This document shows, one piece after another, positions 41,727-51,615 of a DNA stretch of 64,000 bases; position 1 is the stretch's first letter, and each line of letters opens with the position of its first letter. Source of the DNA: Thermodesulfobacteriota bacterium (GTDB lineage Bacteria; Desulfobacterota_D; UBA1144; Nemesobacterales; JAJCZQ01); NCBI GenBank assembly GCA_965215275.1, contig OZ244044.1:1797561-1861560 (forward strand), given 5' to 3'. Below the pieces are notes generated by a model that saw only the letters and a list, made by a program, of their open reading frames with translations, ran no database searches and was not told the DNA's origin. A program made the translations under genes and the position numbers.

Positions 41727-42406
41727 AACTGATGACAGGGGTTTATTATCTGATCATGATCTTTGCATTACTTTTCTCCAGCCAGCCTGTTTTATCGGGC
41801 GAGAAGGGTAGACTGGATGAAATTGTTGACAGGGTACAGAAAAAATATAATGGGATAAGTGATTACCGTGCTGATTTTTTGCAGGAGGCTGAAGTGCGTG
41901 CACTTGGCAGGACGCAGAAAGCCTCGGGAGAGGTCTGGCTTAAAAGACCTGACAAGATGAAATGGGTCTTTCAGGGTCCCACGAAAGAAGTTTACATTTC
42001 AGATGGGAATAAAGTGCTTTACTACAATGAACGGGATAATCAGCTGCTGGAGACGACGTTTGCCGGAATTAACGGCAATACTGATCCTATGATGCTTCTT
42101 TCAGGTTTAGGAGAGATCAGGAAACTGTATAAGATAAGATTCGCCGATGATAAAGGTTTACGTGTGAAGAATACCGATCTGCTTGAGCTTATTCCAGATG
42201 GAGCGAGCGATAACAAGAGCAGGATCTTTATAAATGTAAACAGGTCGAGCTCGCTTGTGGATACGATCCACCTTTTTGATCCGTTCGGTAATCAGACCAG
42301 GATCTCACTGTCAGAAGTCCGGACGAATACGGATATCCCGGACGGCGTTTTTGCTTTTAAATCTCCGAAAGGCACGGAAGTGATAAAGCTGCCCATAAAA
42401 AGATGA
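41723..42406 (+). CDS. lolA: outer-membrane lipoprotein carrier protein LolA
   Basis: 227 aa; signal peptide, then the LolA pattern (YRADFLQ...SGEVWLKRPDKMKW...YISDGNKVLYYN); canonical position after ftsK. Confidence 0.8.
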   Translation: MKLMTGVYYLIMIFALLFSSQPVLSGEKGRLDEIVDRVQKKYNGISDYRADFLQEAEVRALGRTQKASGEVWLKRPDKMKWVFQGPTKEVYISDGNKVLYYNERDNQLLETTFAGINGNTDPMMLLSGLGEIRKLYKIRFADDKGLRVKNTDLLELIPDGASDNKSRIFINVNRSSSLVDTIHLFDPFGNQTRISLSEVRTNTDIPDGVFAFKSPKGTEVIKLPIKR

Positions 42407-42495
42407 CCTAGGGATACTGAAGTATATAAACCCCGAAAAAAGCGGGAAGCTGAACAGAAGTAACTGTTTACAGTGCCTGTTTTACCTTTTGCAGG

Positions 42496-42524
42496 TTGAT
42501 ATAATGCAGCAGTCGATATATAAT
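42496..42524 (+). promoter_or_regulatory. candidate sigma70-type promoter upstream of the sulfite-reductase-like gene
   Basis: TTGATA at 42496-42501, 17-bp spacer, TATAAT at 42519-42524. Confidence 0.4.
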
Positions 42525-42727
42525 TTCACTTCAGGTTCATCTGTTTTTATGGTTATGATCACAAAGGTTGTTTTATGGTGAGGTGAGTTGATATATCAGG
42601 TACAATTAATTAAAGGGAATTAAAGGTTATGGGACGTGAACGTGCATTTGGCGTTTTTCTTTTCGTTTATAAAGGTATGAACACCTGCACTCATAAGCTG
42701 AACGCATTGTACTTTGAGGTATGAGAT

Positions 42728-44875
42728 ATGGATAATGAGGTTTTAAATAAGATCGATGAAAGGTTACCCGGACCGGTCCTGAAAGAACTGAACGGTTTTA
42801 AGGAAGATATAGAGAGATACAGAACCGGACAGATCGGCGAGGTGAAATTTCAGAAGATAAGGCTTCAGCTCGGAACTTACGCTCAGAGACAGTCGGGAGT
42901 TCAGATGCAGAGGATCAAGATCCCCTACGGCAGGGTGACCTCTGACCAGATGAGAAGACTGTCCGAAGTTTCAGATAAGTACTCCACGGGGTCTATGCAC
43001 CTGACAACGCGTCAGGACGTACAGCTTTATTATCTGGACCTGCAAAGCGTTCCGGACATGATGAAGGAACTGGCCGATGCGGGAATAACCACCCGTGAGG
43101 CATGTGGAAATACCGTCAGGAACGTAACAGCTTCTCCTTTCACCGGTGCTTCTCCTAACGACACGTTCGACGTGACACCCTACGCCGAGGCATTTAAAGA
43201 ATTTATGCTCCGAAACCCTATATGCCAGAATATGGGAAGAAAGTTCAAAGTGTGCTTTGAGAGTGACCCGGATGTGGATAATGCCGGGATAATGATCCAT
43301 GATCTGGGATTCAGGGCAGTGATCAAGGAAGCTGACGGCAGACGACAAAAGGGGTTTCAGTTGTACGTCGGAGGTGGTCTGGGAGCTTCACCTTCGCTGG
43401 GTCATCTGTGGAGCAGCTTCGTTCCGGTCGAGGAGATGATCCCCCTGTCAACCTCCATAATAAGGGTGTTTGACAGATATGGTGAAAGAAAGGTAAGAAT
43501 GAAAGCCAGGATGAAGTTCCTGATCCGGAAACTGGGACTTGACAGGTTCAGAGAACTCGTTGAGGAAGAAAGAGCTAATTTGGAAGTGGATGCTTCATGG
43601 AACGACTATTTAAGATATATTTCAGATAACGAGGTCCCGCCGGATAAAGAGTATGACCTTGAACCTGTCTCGGGTTCCATTAAGGATGATCCCGATTTTC
43701 TGGACTGGAAAGCGGCAAATGTCTCTCCTGCCGGGACCGAAGGATACTCAGTTGTAACCATCAAGATAAAGCTCGGGGACGTTTCCTCTGATTCAGGCAG
43801 ATTTCTGGCCGATACAGCCGACAGGTACGCAGATGGGAACTTGAGGATAACGATACAGCAGAACCTTCTTATAAGGTGGGTTCCGAATGAAGCAGTACCT
43901 TCTCTTTACACTGCTTTGAAAAGTAATGACCTTGCTGACCCGGGTGCGGATTCGTTCAGGGATATAACCGCCTGTCCAGGTGCCGATACGTGCCGTCTGG
44001 GAATTACGTCCGCTAAAGGTCTTGCAACCGAGCTTGCCGGTCTTATGAATAACGGTCTTGGGAAATATAAACAGACGTGCAAGGACCTGAAGATAAAGAT
44101 CTCAGGATGTCCTAATTCCTGTGCACAGCACGTTGCGGCAAGTATAGGTTTCCAGGGAGCTTCCATTACCAAGGACGGAAGATCGGTGCCTGCCGTGATG
44201 CTGTTTCTGGGAGGAGGGCTTTACGGGGACGATACACGGCTTGCGATGCCGATAGGTAAAGTTCCGACAAGAAATGCACCTGAGGTAGTGAACAGGTTGC
44301 TTGAGATGTATGAAAATGATAAGGAGAACGGGGAGCATTTTGATCTTTACGTCAGGAGACTGGGCAGCAAAGCCATTAAAACTGTCCTGAAAGAGTACAG
44401 TGATATTCCTTCTTATGAGGATGATCCTGATTTTTACAGGGATTGGGGGTATGAAGAGGAAAAATTTGAATTACAGCAGGGAGTTAAAGGAGAATGTGCC
44501 GGAGTAACGGTTGAAGAAAAAACTCCCACTTTTGCTGACTCCGAGAAGAGGTTTGAGCAGGCTCAGGCGTTCTTTATTCACGGAGAGTATGAAGACTGCA
44601 TTAATGAACTCTATCTTGCGTGTTCTGACAGTGCTCATGTACCGCTTTATGCAAAACTTGTTGATCCGTTTACCCCTGAGCAGACGATCTGGGAGTTTGA
44701 GAACATTCTTGTAAGAACCGGTGATGCAGATAAAAGATGGATGAACGTTTCAAAGACCTTCACTGATTACAGAACGGGCAGCTACGGTCCTGAAGATGCA
44801 GTTAAGTTCCTTGAACTGGCAAAAGATTTTAATACCGAATGCAGAAGAGTTCATTCTGAACTGACCAAAGGGTGA
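42728..44875 (+). CDS. ferredoxin-type sulfite/nitrite reductase hemoprotein-like protein with a C-terminal extension
   Basis: 715 aa; two NIR_SIR ferredoxin-like halves with siroheme/4Fe-4S cysteines (CPGADTCRLG, SGCPNSCAQH). Confidence 0.75.
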   Translation: MDNEVLNKIDERLPGPVLKELNGFKEDIERYRTGQIGEVKFQKIRLQLGTYAQRQSGVQMQRIKIPYGRVTSDQMRRLSEVSDKYSTGSMHLTTRQDVQLYYLDLQSVPDMMKELADAGITTREACGNTVRNVTASPFTGASPNDTFDVTPYAEAFKEFMLRNPICQNMGRKFKVCFESDPDVDNAGIMIHDLGFRAVIKEADGRRQKGFQLYVGGGLGASPSLGHLWSSFVPVEEMIPLSTSIIRVFDRYGERKVRMKARMKFLIRKLGLDRFRELVEEERANLEVDASWNDYLRYISDNEVPPDKEYDLEPVSGSIKDDPDFLDWKAANVSPAGTEGYSVVTIKIKLGDVSSDSGRFLADTADRYADGNLRITIQQNLLIRWVPNEAVPSLYTALKSNDLADPGADSFRDITACPGADTCRLGITSAKGLATELAGLMNNGLGKYKQTCKDLKIKISGCPNSCAQHVAASIGFQGASITKDGRSVPAVMLFLGGGLYGDDTRLAMPIGKVPTRNAPEVVNRLLEMYENDKENGEHFDLYVRRLGSKAIKTVLKEYSDIPSYEDDPDFYRDWGYEEEKFELQQGVKGECAGVTVEEKTPTFADSEKRFEQAQAFFIHGEYEDCINELYLACSDSAHVPLYAKLVDPFTPEQTIWEFENILVRTGDADKRWMNVSKTFTDYRTGSYGPEDAVKFLELAKDFNTECRRVHSELTKG

Positions 44876-44891
44876 TCTTATCGGTATTGAT

Positions 44892-45182
44892 CTATCTGAA
44901 CAGACTTCTGAAAAACCTGTATATTATACCAAAAAAAGTCGGTTCCTCGGTGTTCTGCAGAGGTACGAAACCCTCTACCGATTGTGCCAGGATATCCTTG
45001 GCTTCATTATAATGATTTTCTGGCACGAAAATTGGTTTGTTATTCAATCCTCCAATAATTGGTCCAACGTACAGGGAGCCAAAATGCTCATTCCTTATGT
45101 AGTATGGAATATCAGCGGAATCCAGCAGGCTTCTTATAACGGCGAGTTCTGATTCACTGTTAGGCACATATAGCTTTTTCAT
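44892..45182 (-). CDS. DUF2007-like small protein (putative signal-transducing protein)
   Basis: 96 aa; SESELAVIRSLLDSADIPYYIRNE pattern resembles DUF2007. Confidence 0.45.
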   Translation of the reverse strand: MKKLYVPNSESELAVIRSLLDSADIPYYIRNEHFGSLYVGPIIGGLNNKPIFVPENHYNEAKDILAQSVEGFVPLQNTEEPTFFGIIYRFFRSLFR

Positions 45183-45276
45183 TCTTTAACGTATATAGGC
45201 GAACCTGTTCTGCACTTTCAGGCAATATTGATCATATAAGAGGGTTTTAATACAAATATCTTTGGGCTTTTACTCT

Positions 45277-45717
45277 TCAGAGACGGTAGCCGCCTTTTAT
45301 ATATTTTTCCAGTTCTCTGATCTGGAACTTCTGATGTTTGATAATATGCGTAAGAACGTCCCCTATTGATACAAGTCCTTCAAGCTTTCCATCTTCTATG
45401 ACGGGCAGGTGCCTTATATGGTTCTCGGACATAAGGGCCATACACTTATCAATAGGGTCAACGGGAGTTACAGAGATCACGTTTTTTGTCATAAGGTCAC
45501 CGACTTCTGTATTGATGGATGACCTGTCCTTTAAGATGATCTTTCTTGCATAGTCCCTTTCTGAGAATATACCCACTATCTTTCCTTTCTCGGTAACCAC
45601 TAATGCACCGATATCTTTTTCCTCCAGTATTTTCAGGGCATTGAAAACGGTGGTTTCCGGTGAAATGGAAAAGACCTCTTTACCTTTGACCTTTAATATA
45701 TCTATTACATTGTTCAT
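45277..45717 (-). CDS. CBS-domain pair protein
   Basis: 146 aa; two CBS motifs (VISVTPVD..., HLPVIEDGKLEGLVSIGDV). Confidence 0.75.
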   Translation of the reverse strand: MNNVIDILKVKGKEVFSISPETTVFNALKILEEKDIGALVVTEKGKIVGIFSERDYARKIILKDRSSINTEVGDLMTKNVISVTPVDPIDKCMALMSENHIRHLPVIEDGKLEGLVSIGDVLTHIIKHQKFQIRELEKYIKGGYRL

Positions 45718-46082
45718 TTTCTGATTTTTCCCAATACAACTTCTTATTACTATTATACTTTAAAAATACTCTGTCAGACAAGGATATTTCAAAATATACT
45801 GTGGATACCCGAACTGTACCATTATTCGGCAGTACTGCTTCCGGAGAAAAATTCGGAATGGATGGTCTTGAGATAACGATGTTCATTAGTGAATGGGCAG
45901 ACAAGGTCAGTTTATTAACTGACCGCTTATATAAGTTTCATTTTTAAGAACCGGCATTACTGCGTTGATCTTATCAATAAAGTTGTGTGTATGGAGATGT
46001 TTTCTGATGAGAAAGGCAGGTTTGCAGGTTTTATACATGGCAGAACGGTGATAGTTCGGGTTGAACCGGAGTTAGCGGTAAA

Positions 46083-46345
46083 GAAAAACAGTGTAAATAC
46101 AAGGGGCGTAGTCCCAATGTCGTTGTTGTATTTTGGATTTAATTCAAGGAAAGTCTGGAAAAGGGACTGCCAGATCTTGTGATAGAAAGTCTTACTTGAT
46201 ATGTTACTTTCGTGCTAAAAAGATCCGTTCTCCCATCATTGCTCCAAATTTTATGATCTCTTTATCCGAAAGGAATGTCTCTGGTGTAACAGTTTCCACG
46301 TGAAATCCAGCATCGCGTATTCTGTCTATGTAATCTTTTCCGCAT
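46083..46345. repeat. direct repeat copy 1 (3' end of the methyltransferase gene plus its downstream region)
   Basis: ~85% identical to 47213-47476 by eye, sharing AATGTCGTTGTTGTATTTTGGATTTAATTCAAGGAAA...TTACTTTCGTGCTAAAAAGATCCG. Confidence 0.7.
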
Positions 46346-46927
46346 AATCGGACATGAAGACATTCACCAAAGGTTTTGAGGCGTTCTTCAGGGTCAGTTA
46401 TTGATGGGTCCTCAAATGTTTTTTGAGTTAAGATCGGGACTAGTATTACAGCCATGCCGTCATCCTTTAATACTCTGTACAGTTCACTTATAGCTTTTTT
46501 ATCATCCTGAATATGTTCCAGTACATGACTGCAGATGATCAGATCGAAAGACCGGTCTGGATATCTGATGTTCGTTATATCCATTTCTACCATCACGTCC
46601 CGGTCACTTAGACCAGCGGATAAGTATCCTTTACCAAAATATTCCTTTAACTTTTGTGCAAGGCACACGGCTGGTGCGATATCAAGCACTTTGATAGATG
46701 GAATGGGGGGGGGGATATGTCTTTAAAAGGAAAAGGTATATCAAGCGATGTCTTTCATAGGAACCGCATGTCGGGCATTTAGCATTTTTACGACTGTTAA
46801 TGCGATTATTAATGGGAAGAAACTCTCTGGACGATCTTTTGCATACTGGGCAATACATTTCTTTTCCACAATGATAATATATTGCTTTTAGAACACTAAT
46901 GAAATATGTACGAATAAGGTGAAGCAT
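46204..46927 (-). CDS. zinc-ribbon + class I SAM-dependent methyltransferase (Methyltransf_11-like), interrupted by a G10 tract; current state frameshifted (OFF)
   Basis: N-terminal ORF (CPVC...CPTC) ends in ...LKTYPPPHSIYQSA* just after the tract. The C-terminal ORF carries the methyltransferase core (DLIICSHVLEHIQD). One fewer C would join the two frames. Confidence 0.7.
46705..46714. repeat. G10 homopolymer inside the methyltransferase coding region; candidate slipped-strand phase-variation tract
   Basis: GGAATGGGGGGGGGGATATG: the tract encodes PPP and shifts frame directly. Confidence 0.75.
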
Positions 46928-47212
46928 AGCCGTTCATTCAAAGTGATAATACATGGTGAAAAGGTAACTAAAATACCGATTTAATACAGATAATGGACCA
47001 TCTGATCAATGATGAGAAAAAAGGATACTATAGCTCAGTTCTGAATTTTTGCAATCAGGTCATTGCTGATAACGCCGTATGCTACCTCTTCCACAGGTTT
47101 TTATAGACCAGTCTTCTTTTAAAGGTATAGATCTGGTCTAGCATTTCCAGATTACGCCAAAGCTGAATACCTTACGAAGCTGGAAGAGTGCCAGAAGTCC
47201 AGTAAATACAAT

Positions 47213-47476
47213 GGTAAGGACCGTAGTTCCAATGTCGTTGTTGTATTTTGGATTTAATTCAAGGAAAATTTGGAAAAGGGACTGCCAGATCTTATGATGG
47301 AAAGTCTCACTTGATATGTTACTTTCGTGCTAAAAAGATCCGTGTTCCCTTAAATATTCCAAATTTTATGATTTTTTATCCGAAAGGAATATATCTGGTA
47401 TAATAGTTTCTATGTGAAATCTAGCATCGCATATCCTGTCTATATAATTTTCCCCGCATATCCGAAATTATTTCTT
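47213..47476. repeat. direct repeat copy 2 (decayed duplicate of the methyltransferase 3' end), abutting the GT2 start codon
   Basis: See copy 1; carries indels and substitutions. Confidence 0.7.
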
Positions 47477-48397
47477 ATGATAACAGTAGTAATCTGCACC
47501 TATAACAGAAGAAGTTATTTAAAGAAGGCAATAGATAGCATTATCAACCAAACCTTTGACCCTGACCTGTATGAACTGATCATAGTTGATAACAACTCTA
47601 CCGATGGAACAAAAGATTTTGTTTTAAACAATTACAGTCACTCCAGAGTAAAGGTAAGGTATTTGCATGAACCAAACCAGGGACTTTCACATTGTCGGAA
47701 TACGGGTCTTCGGAACGCAAGTTTTGAATATATAGCATATATTGACGATGATGGGATTGCTTATCCTGACTGGCTTGAAAATATGGCAAAAGGGATAAAG
47801 AATCAGAATGAGAAATTTGCTGGAATAACAGGTGCGATATTTCCTATATGGGAAATTCCACGACCAAGATGGCTTTTAGATTTAGATAGGTTGACTATGT
47901 TTTACTCAATATATTACCCTGACAAAAGGACTGTTATTGGTTACGGTTATGTTTTTGGCGGAAACATGGTGTGGAAAAAAAGTCTTTTAATAGAATGTGG
48001 TGGATTTAATACAAAATTAGGAAGAGTAAAAAACAATCTGATATCAGGAGAAGAAAGTCTTACTGCTGAGAAAATAGAAAAAAAAGGATATGAATTCATA
48101 TACGACCCAAAGATGAGAATAAAGCACCATATTCACAAATCCAGAATAAGTATAATGTGGTTAATTAAAAGATCTTTCTGGGGAGGTTATTCACGTATCG
48201 CAATGGAAAATATAAAAACAAAAAAAAGCATTTTAGCAAAGTTCATACAATCGTTTAAGGAGATTAAAAAAGCACTTTATAACCTTGGGTCAGTTCCTAA
48301 ATCCATTATATTTGAACCGAGGTATTATTTTTTGATTAAAATAGTTGACGCTGTAGATTCATTAGGAAGACTCTATGCTTTAGTAATAATAAAGTAA
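47477..48397 (+). CDS. family-2 glycosyltransferase (copy A; the ORF-track start at 47414 is probably an upstream extension)
   Basis: MITVVICTYNRRSYLKKAIDSIINQT...IVDNNSTDGT is the GT2 N-terminus. Close paralog of 51616-52542. Confidence 0.8.
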   Translation: MITVVICTYNRRSYLKKAIDSIINQTFDPDLYELIIVDNNSTDGTKDFVLNNYSHSRVKVRYLHEPNQGLSHCRNTGLRNASFEYIAYIDDDGIAYPDWLENMAKGIKNQNEKFAGITGAIFPIWEIPRPRWLLDLDRLTMFYSIYYPDKRTVIGYGYVFGGNMVWKKSLLIECGGFNTKLGRVKNNLISGEESLTAEKIEKKGYEFIYDPKMRIKHHIHKSRISIMWLIKRSFWGGYSRIAMENIKTKKSILAKFIQSFKEIKKALYNLGSVPKSIIFEPRYYFLIKIVDAVDSLGRLYALVIIK

Positions 48398-48439
48398 CCT
48401 TGCGTTTTTTCCAGTCAGTAAAAATATATCTATAGGCTT

Positions 48440-49267
48440 TGGTTTTATTACCTAATTCATTAAGAATAAAGTTGTTAACTTATACAAAAAACTAATTAAA
48501 TACTTCAGTATTTACGCCCACTCAAAGTGTTTTTCAATATGGTTTTAACCAATAATGCAATAAAAATACCCTCTCCCTCAATCCATTATCAGTCTGATTT
48601 CTGTTCCTTCATGTTGTAAAGGACTTCCAGTAATATTGTTTATATCATCGGTAATTAAAACTCAATAAATTGTCCTTTAGTTGTTAAGAGAGTATAAAAA
48701 ATTTTTGACCTGTTATCCATTAAGACTATCCCTGAAAATATATTGAACTTCCAGAAAAAGGGTATTACGATATGTTTTACCAAGGATAAGGATATTGGTC
48801 CTTACACAAAAATTATTTCAACCTTAACACTTTATCCCAGTGCTATAATCATCCCTGATCACATTATCTGCTCAAGATACAGAAATATGGTAAAAGAGAG
48901 TGAAAACTAACTTATACCGTATAACCATTAGACACTTAACTATTGGCTCGAAAACTGCAAATCAAAAATACATGAAATTAATTTGTTCTTTAATTCCGGG
49001 TTCGGAACTTTATTTTCACCCCAAAGCCTGCCAACTGTAACTGTAGATGAAAAGATCTTTACAGAATTAAAGTCCCTATGCGGATGATGTCTGGTTAAAC
49101 GCCATGAGACTATTGAATAACGTCAAAGTTAGTTACATAAAGACACCGCAGTATATCTATTTATACGGACATAAAAATAATAGTAAAGCACCTGACACTC
49201 TACATAGTATAAACATGAACAGAAAGCAAGTGTTTAACAAATATAATCTATACGAACGGATAAATTA
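48440..49267 (+). pseudogene. decayed paralog of the DXD-motif glycosyltransferase at 52558-53472
   Basis: Nucleotide-level similarity across the region, with multiple indels including a ~75-bp deletion spanning the DXD region. No intact ORF remains. Confidence 0.7.
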
Positions 49268-49286
49268 GTCTGTTATAGAGTGATTG

Positions 49287-50252
49287 TTATCGATAGCCAA
49301 ATAATGATCTGTATATTAACTTCTGCAGACCTTCAGGGAGAAATCTCTTGAACACATTAAACCATACCCAAGACATGATTCTGAATAACAGAAAACTTTG
49401 TAATCTTCTATGCTGGACTTCTAAATTATTATATTGGGTTTTCAAATCTCTATTTTCAACCCACCATCTTCTATTTTGGACTGTAGTACTATTAGTTTTC
49501 AGATGTTTTGCGGTCATAACCTTCACCCAATGTTTTTCATATAACTTTCTGTGTTTATTTATAATATAAGCATAATAGATATCTGATTTACTGATATTAC
49601 TCAAATACAATGAATTTTTATGTACTCTATAGTTAAATAAATATTCAGGTATTACTTTTATTTTCCATCCATCTTTAGCTATGTTTATCCAGTGCTCCCA
49701 GTCTTCATGATTCTTCAAATTTTCATCATACATCCCCACTTTAACGGATGCTTCTCGTCTGAAACAGGACGATGGTATTATATAACACCATGTTAATATC
49801 CTAACTAAACTCGTATTGCCTTTGCTATAACTACGCTTGTCAACAATATCTCCAAACATATTAAAAAAAGGAGCTACTATCCCAACATCTTTATAGTTTT
49901 CAAACACATTCCTTGCTTTCTCTAAATAGGTCGGTTCCAAATAATCATCCCCATCAAGACAACATATATATTCAGAGTCTGCCTTCTTTATACCTTCATT
50001 ACGAGCTGCTGAAACTCCTCTGTTTTTATCCAGTTTTATTAAGTGAACATTGTTTGAAATCTCATTCAGAACCTTGATCGTCTCAGGGTCGTCCGAGCGA
50101 TCATCAACTACTATCAATTGCACGTCCTGCAATGTTTGACCAAGTACCGAGTTAATTGCCTTCTTCAGCAATTTCCCTTTATTGTAAGAGGTAATTACTA
50201 CCGTGAACTCGTATACAGATAAACTTCTTGAATTATAACTGTTTCGTCCCAT
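49287..50252 (-). CDS. family-2 glycosyltransferase (copy A of the 53491-54408 paralog)
   Basis: FTVVITSYNKGKLLKKAINSVLGQT...VVDDRSDDPET...DGDDYLEP are GT2 motifs. ~85% aa identity to the paralog, with a 22-aa in-frame tandem insertion near the C-terminus. Confidence 0.8.
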   Translation of the reverse strand: MGRNSYNSRSLSVYEFTVVITSYNKGKLLKKAINSVLGQTLQDVQLIVVDDRSDDPETIKVLNEISNNVHLIKLDKNRGVSAARNEGIKKADSEYICCLDGDDYLEPTYLEKARNVFENYKDVGIVAPFFNMFGDIVDKRSYSKGNTSLVRILTWCYIIPSSCFRREASVKVGMYDENLKNHEDWEHWINIAKDGWKIKVIPEYLFNYRVHKNSLYLSNISKSDIYYAYIINKHRKLYEKHWVKVMTAKHLKTNSTTVQNRRWWVENRDLKTQYNNLEVQHRRLQSFLLFRIMSWVWFNVFKRFLPEGLQKLIYRSLFGYR

Positions 50253-51189
50253 GAGATTTTATAAAAAAATTTTTAACCTTCCTGTGTACCCAGTAAGTTA
50301 TTAATCTGTCTAAAAATAGGTTAAACTTTACTAAATATCCTTTATTTATTGGATTACTGTTCATTGTATAACTAAAACTAACTATAGATGGGTACTTCAG
50401 AGTTAATATATAAGATAAATGTCTATTCCTCTGTTTCTTTGATAATATATGTTTTAAATTATTATAGTAATTATGAAATAAAACTAATTCCGGATCATAA
50501 AGAAAAGAATCCTTGTCATATCCATAGAACTCAACCATTCTAAAACACAAAAATGTACCCTCGTGTCCCACCATACCATCCTCAAAACCTCCCACCTCAA
50601 TAAAATCCTTCCTCTTGAACATTGAGACACATTCAGCATTTATACAGCAAGGAATAACTTCATCTCCTAAATCATAATGACACGGTTCAATTCTAATCAA
50701 ACCGGTATGGATCTGTTTTACCTTACCTCTAATTGCCACTAATTTAGCGTCATTCATCAGAACTTGAACCTTATCAAACGCTATGTCCACGTCTTCAAGA
50801 TAACCATCGGCATCAACAAAAAAAATAACGGGTGCATTGCAGTATAAACTCCCTATGTTCCTTCCCGTTCCACATCCCACGTTTTTATTCATAACAATAT
50901 GCTTTAGGGAATAGGACCGTAACTTCTCTTTAGCTGGTTCGGATAGACCATTATCAACAACTACTATTTCATACGACCCTGATTTGGCACATGTTATAGA
51001 ACTCAACGCTCTGAATAATAACTCATCTTCATTATAAACAACCAGCAAAAAACTTATCCAGGGCTCTTGGATATCTTGCAAATTATATGAATTAACCTCT
51101 TCTATACTATCACTATACTTTTCTATTGAGAGCGGTGGCTTTTTATGCTCTAATTTTAAATCGAGATAATCCTTGAGGTTGTTTTTCAT
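50233..51189 (-). CDS. family-2 glycosyltransferase (singleton lying between the two duplicated blocks)
   Basis: SFLLVVYNEDELLFRALSSI...VVVDNGLSEP and a DAD-type motif in FFVDADGY. Confidence 0.7.
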   Translation of the reverse strand: MKNNLKDYLDLKLEHKKPPLSIEKYSDSIEEVNSYNLQDIQEPWISFLLVVYNEDELLFRALSSITCAKSGSYEIVVVDNGLSEPAKEKLRSYSLKHIVMNKNVGCGTGRNIGSLYCNAPVIFFVDADGYLEDVDIAFDKVQVLMNDAKLVAIRGKVKQIHTGLIRIEPCHYDLGDEVIPCCINAECVSMFKRKDFIEVGGFEDGMVGHEGTFLCFRMVEFYGYDKDSFLYDPELVLFHNYYNNLKHILSKKQRNRHLSYILTLKYPSIVSFSYTMNSNPINKGYLVKFNLFLDRLITYWVHRKVKNFFIKSHGTKQL

Positions 51190-51367
51190 TTTAACAAAGT
51201 CGGTGTATTGTTCTGCCTAACTGTAAATAGTGATAGTAATATCTGTATCCCAGAACAGTATGCATAATTATATATAAATCCTGAAAAGTACATTATGACG
51301 GTACAATTTCTACTTTTCATTTCAATCCCGTGGCAAACATGGTGTTTTTAGCTGAGAGAACAAAACT

Positions 51368-51550
51368 TTGTTTCATGGAGACAATTTAGATTTTGTACGA
51401 GCAATGAATAGTAATAGTGTAGATATAGTAAAAACAGACACACCTTTCAATAAAAGCAAAGACTTTTCTGCTGACAGAGCAGTATGGTTTCTGAAGCAAA
51501 GGTTTCAGTATAGATGGTCTTGGGATGACTCTGTTCATGAAAGGTGGTAA
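51368..51550 (+). pseudogene. N-terminal remnant (60 aa) of a beta-class DNA methyltransferase, homologous to the island methyltransferase at 15801-17155
   Basis: MFHGDNLDFVRAMNSNSVDIVKTDTPFNKSKDF...YRWSWDDSVHERW aligns with (L)FHGDNLDFLRAMNSESVHLIATDPPFNKNRDF...DRWSWDRDVHQEW. Confidence 0.7.
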
Positions 51551-51615
51551 GACAAGACCGCTGATAACTTTTCTATTATGTAAAGTTGCGTATATAGTTC
51601 CCTAATTTACTTCTT

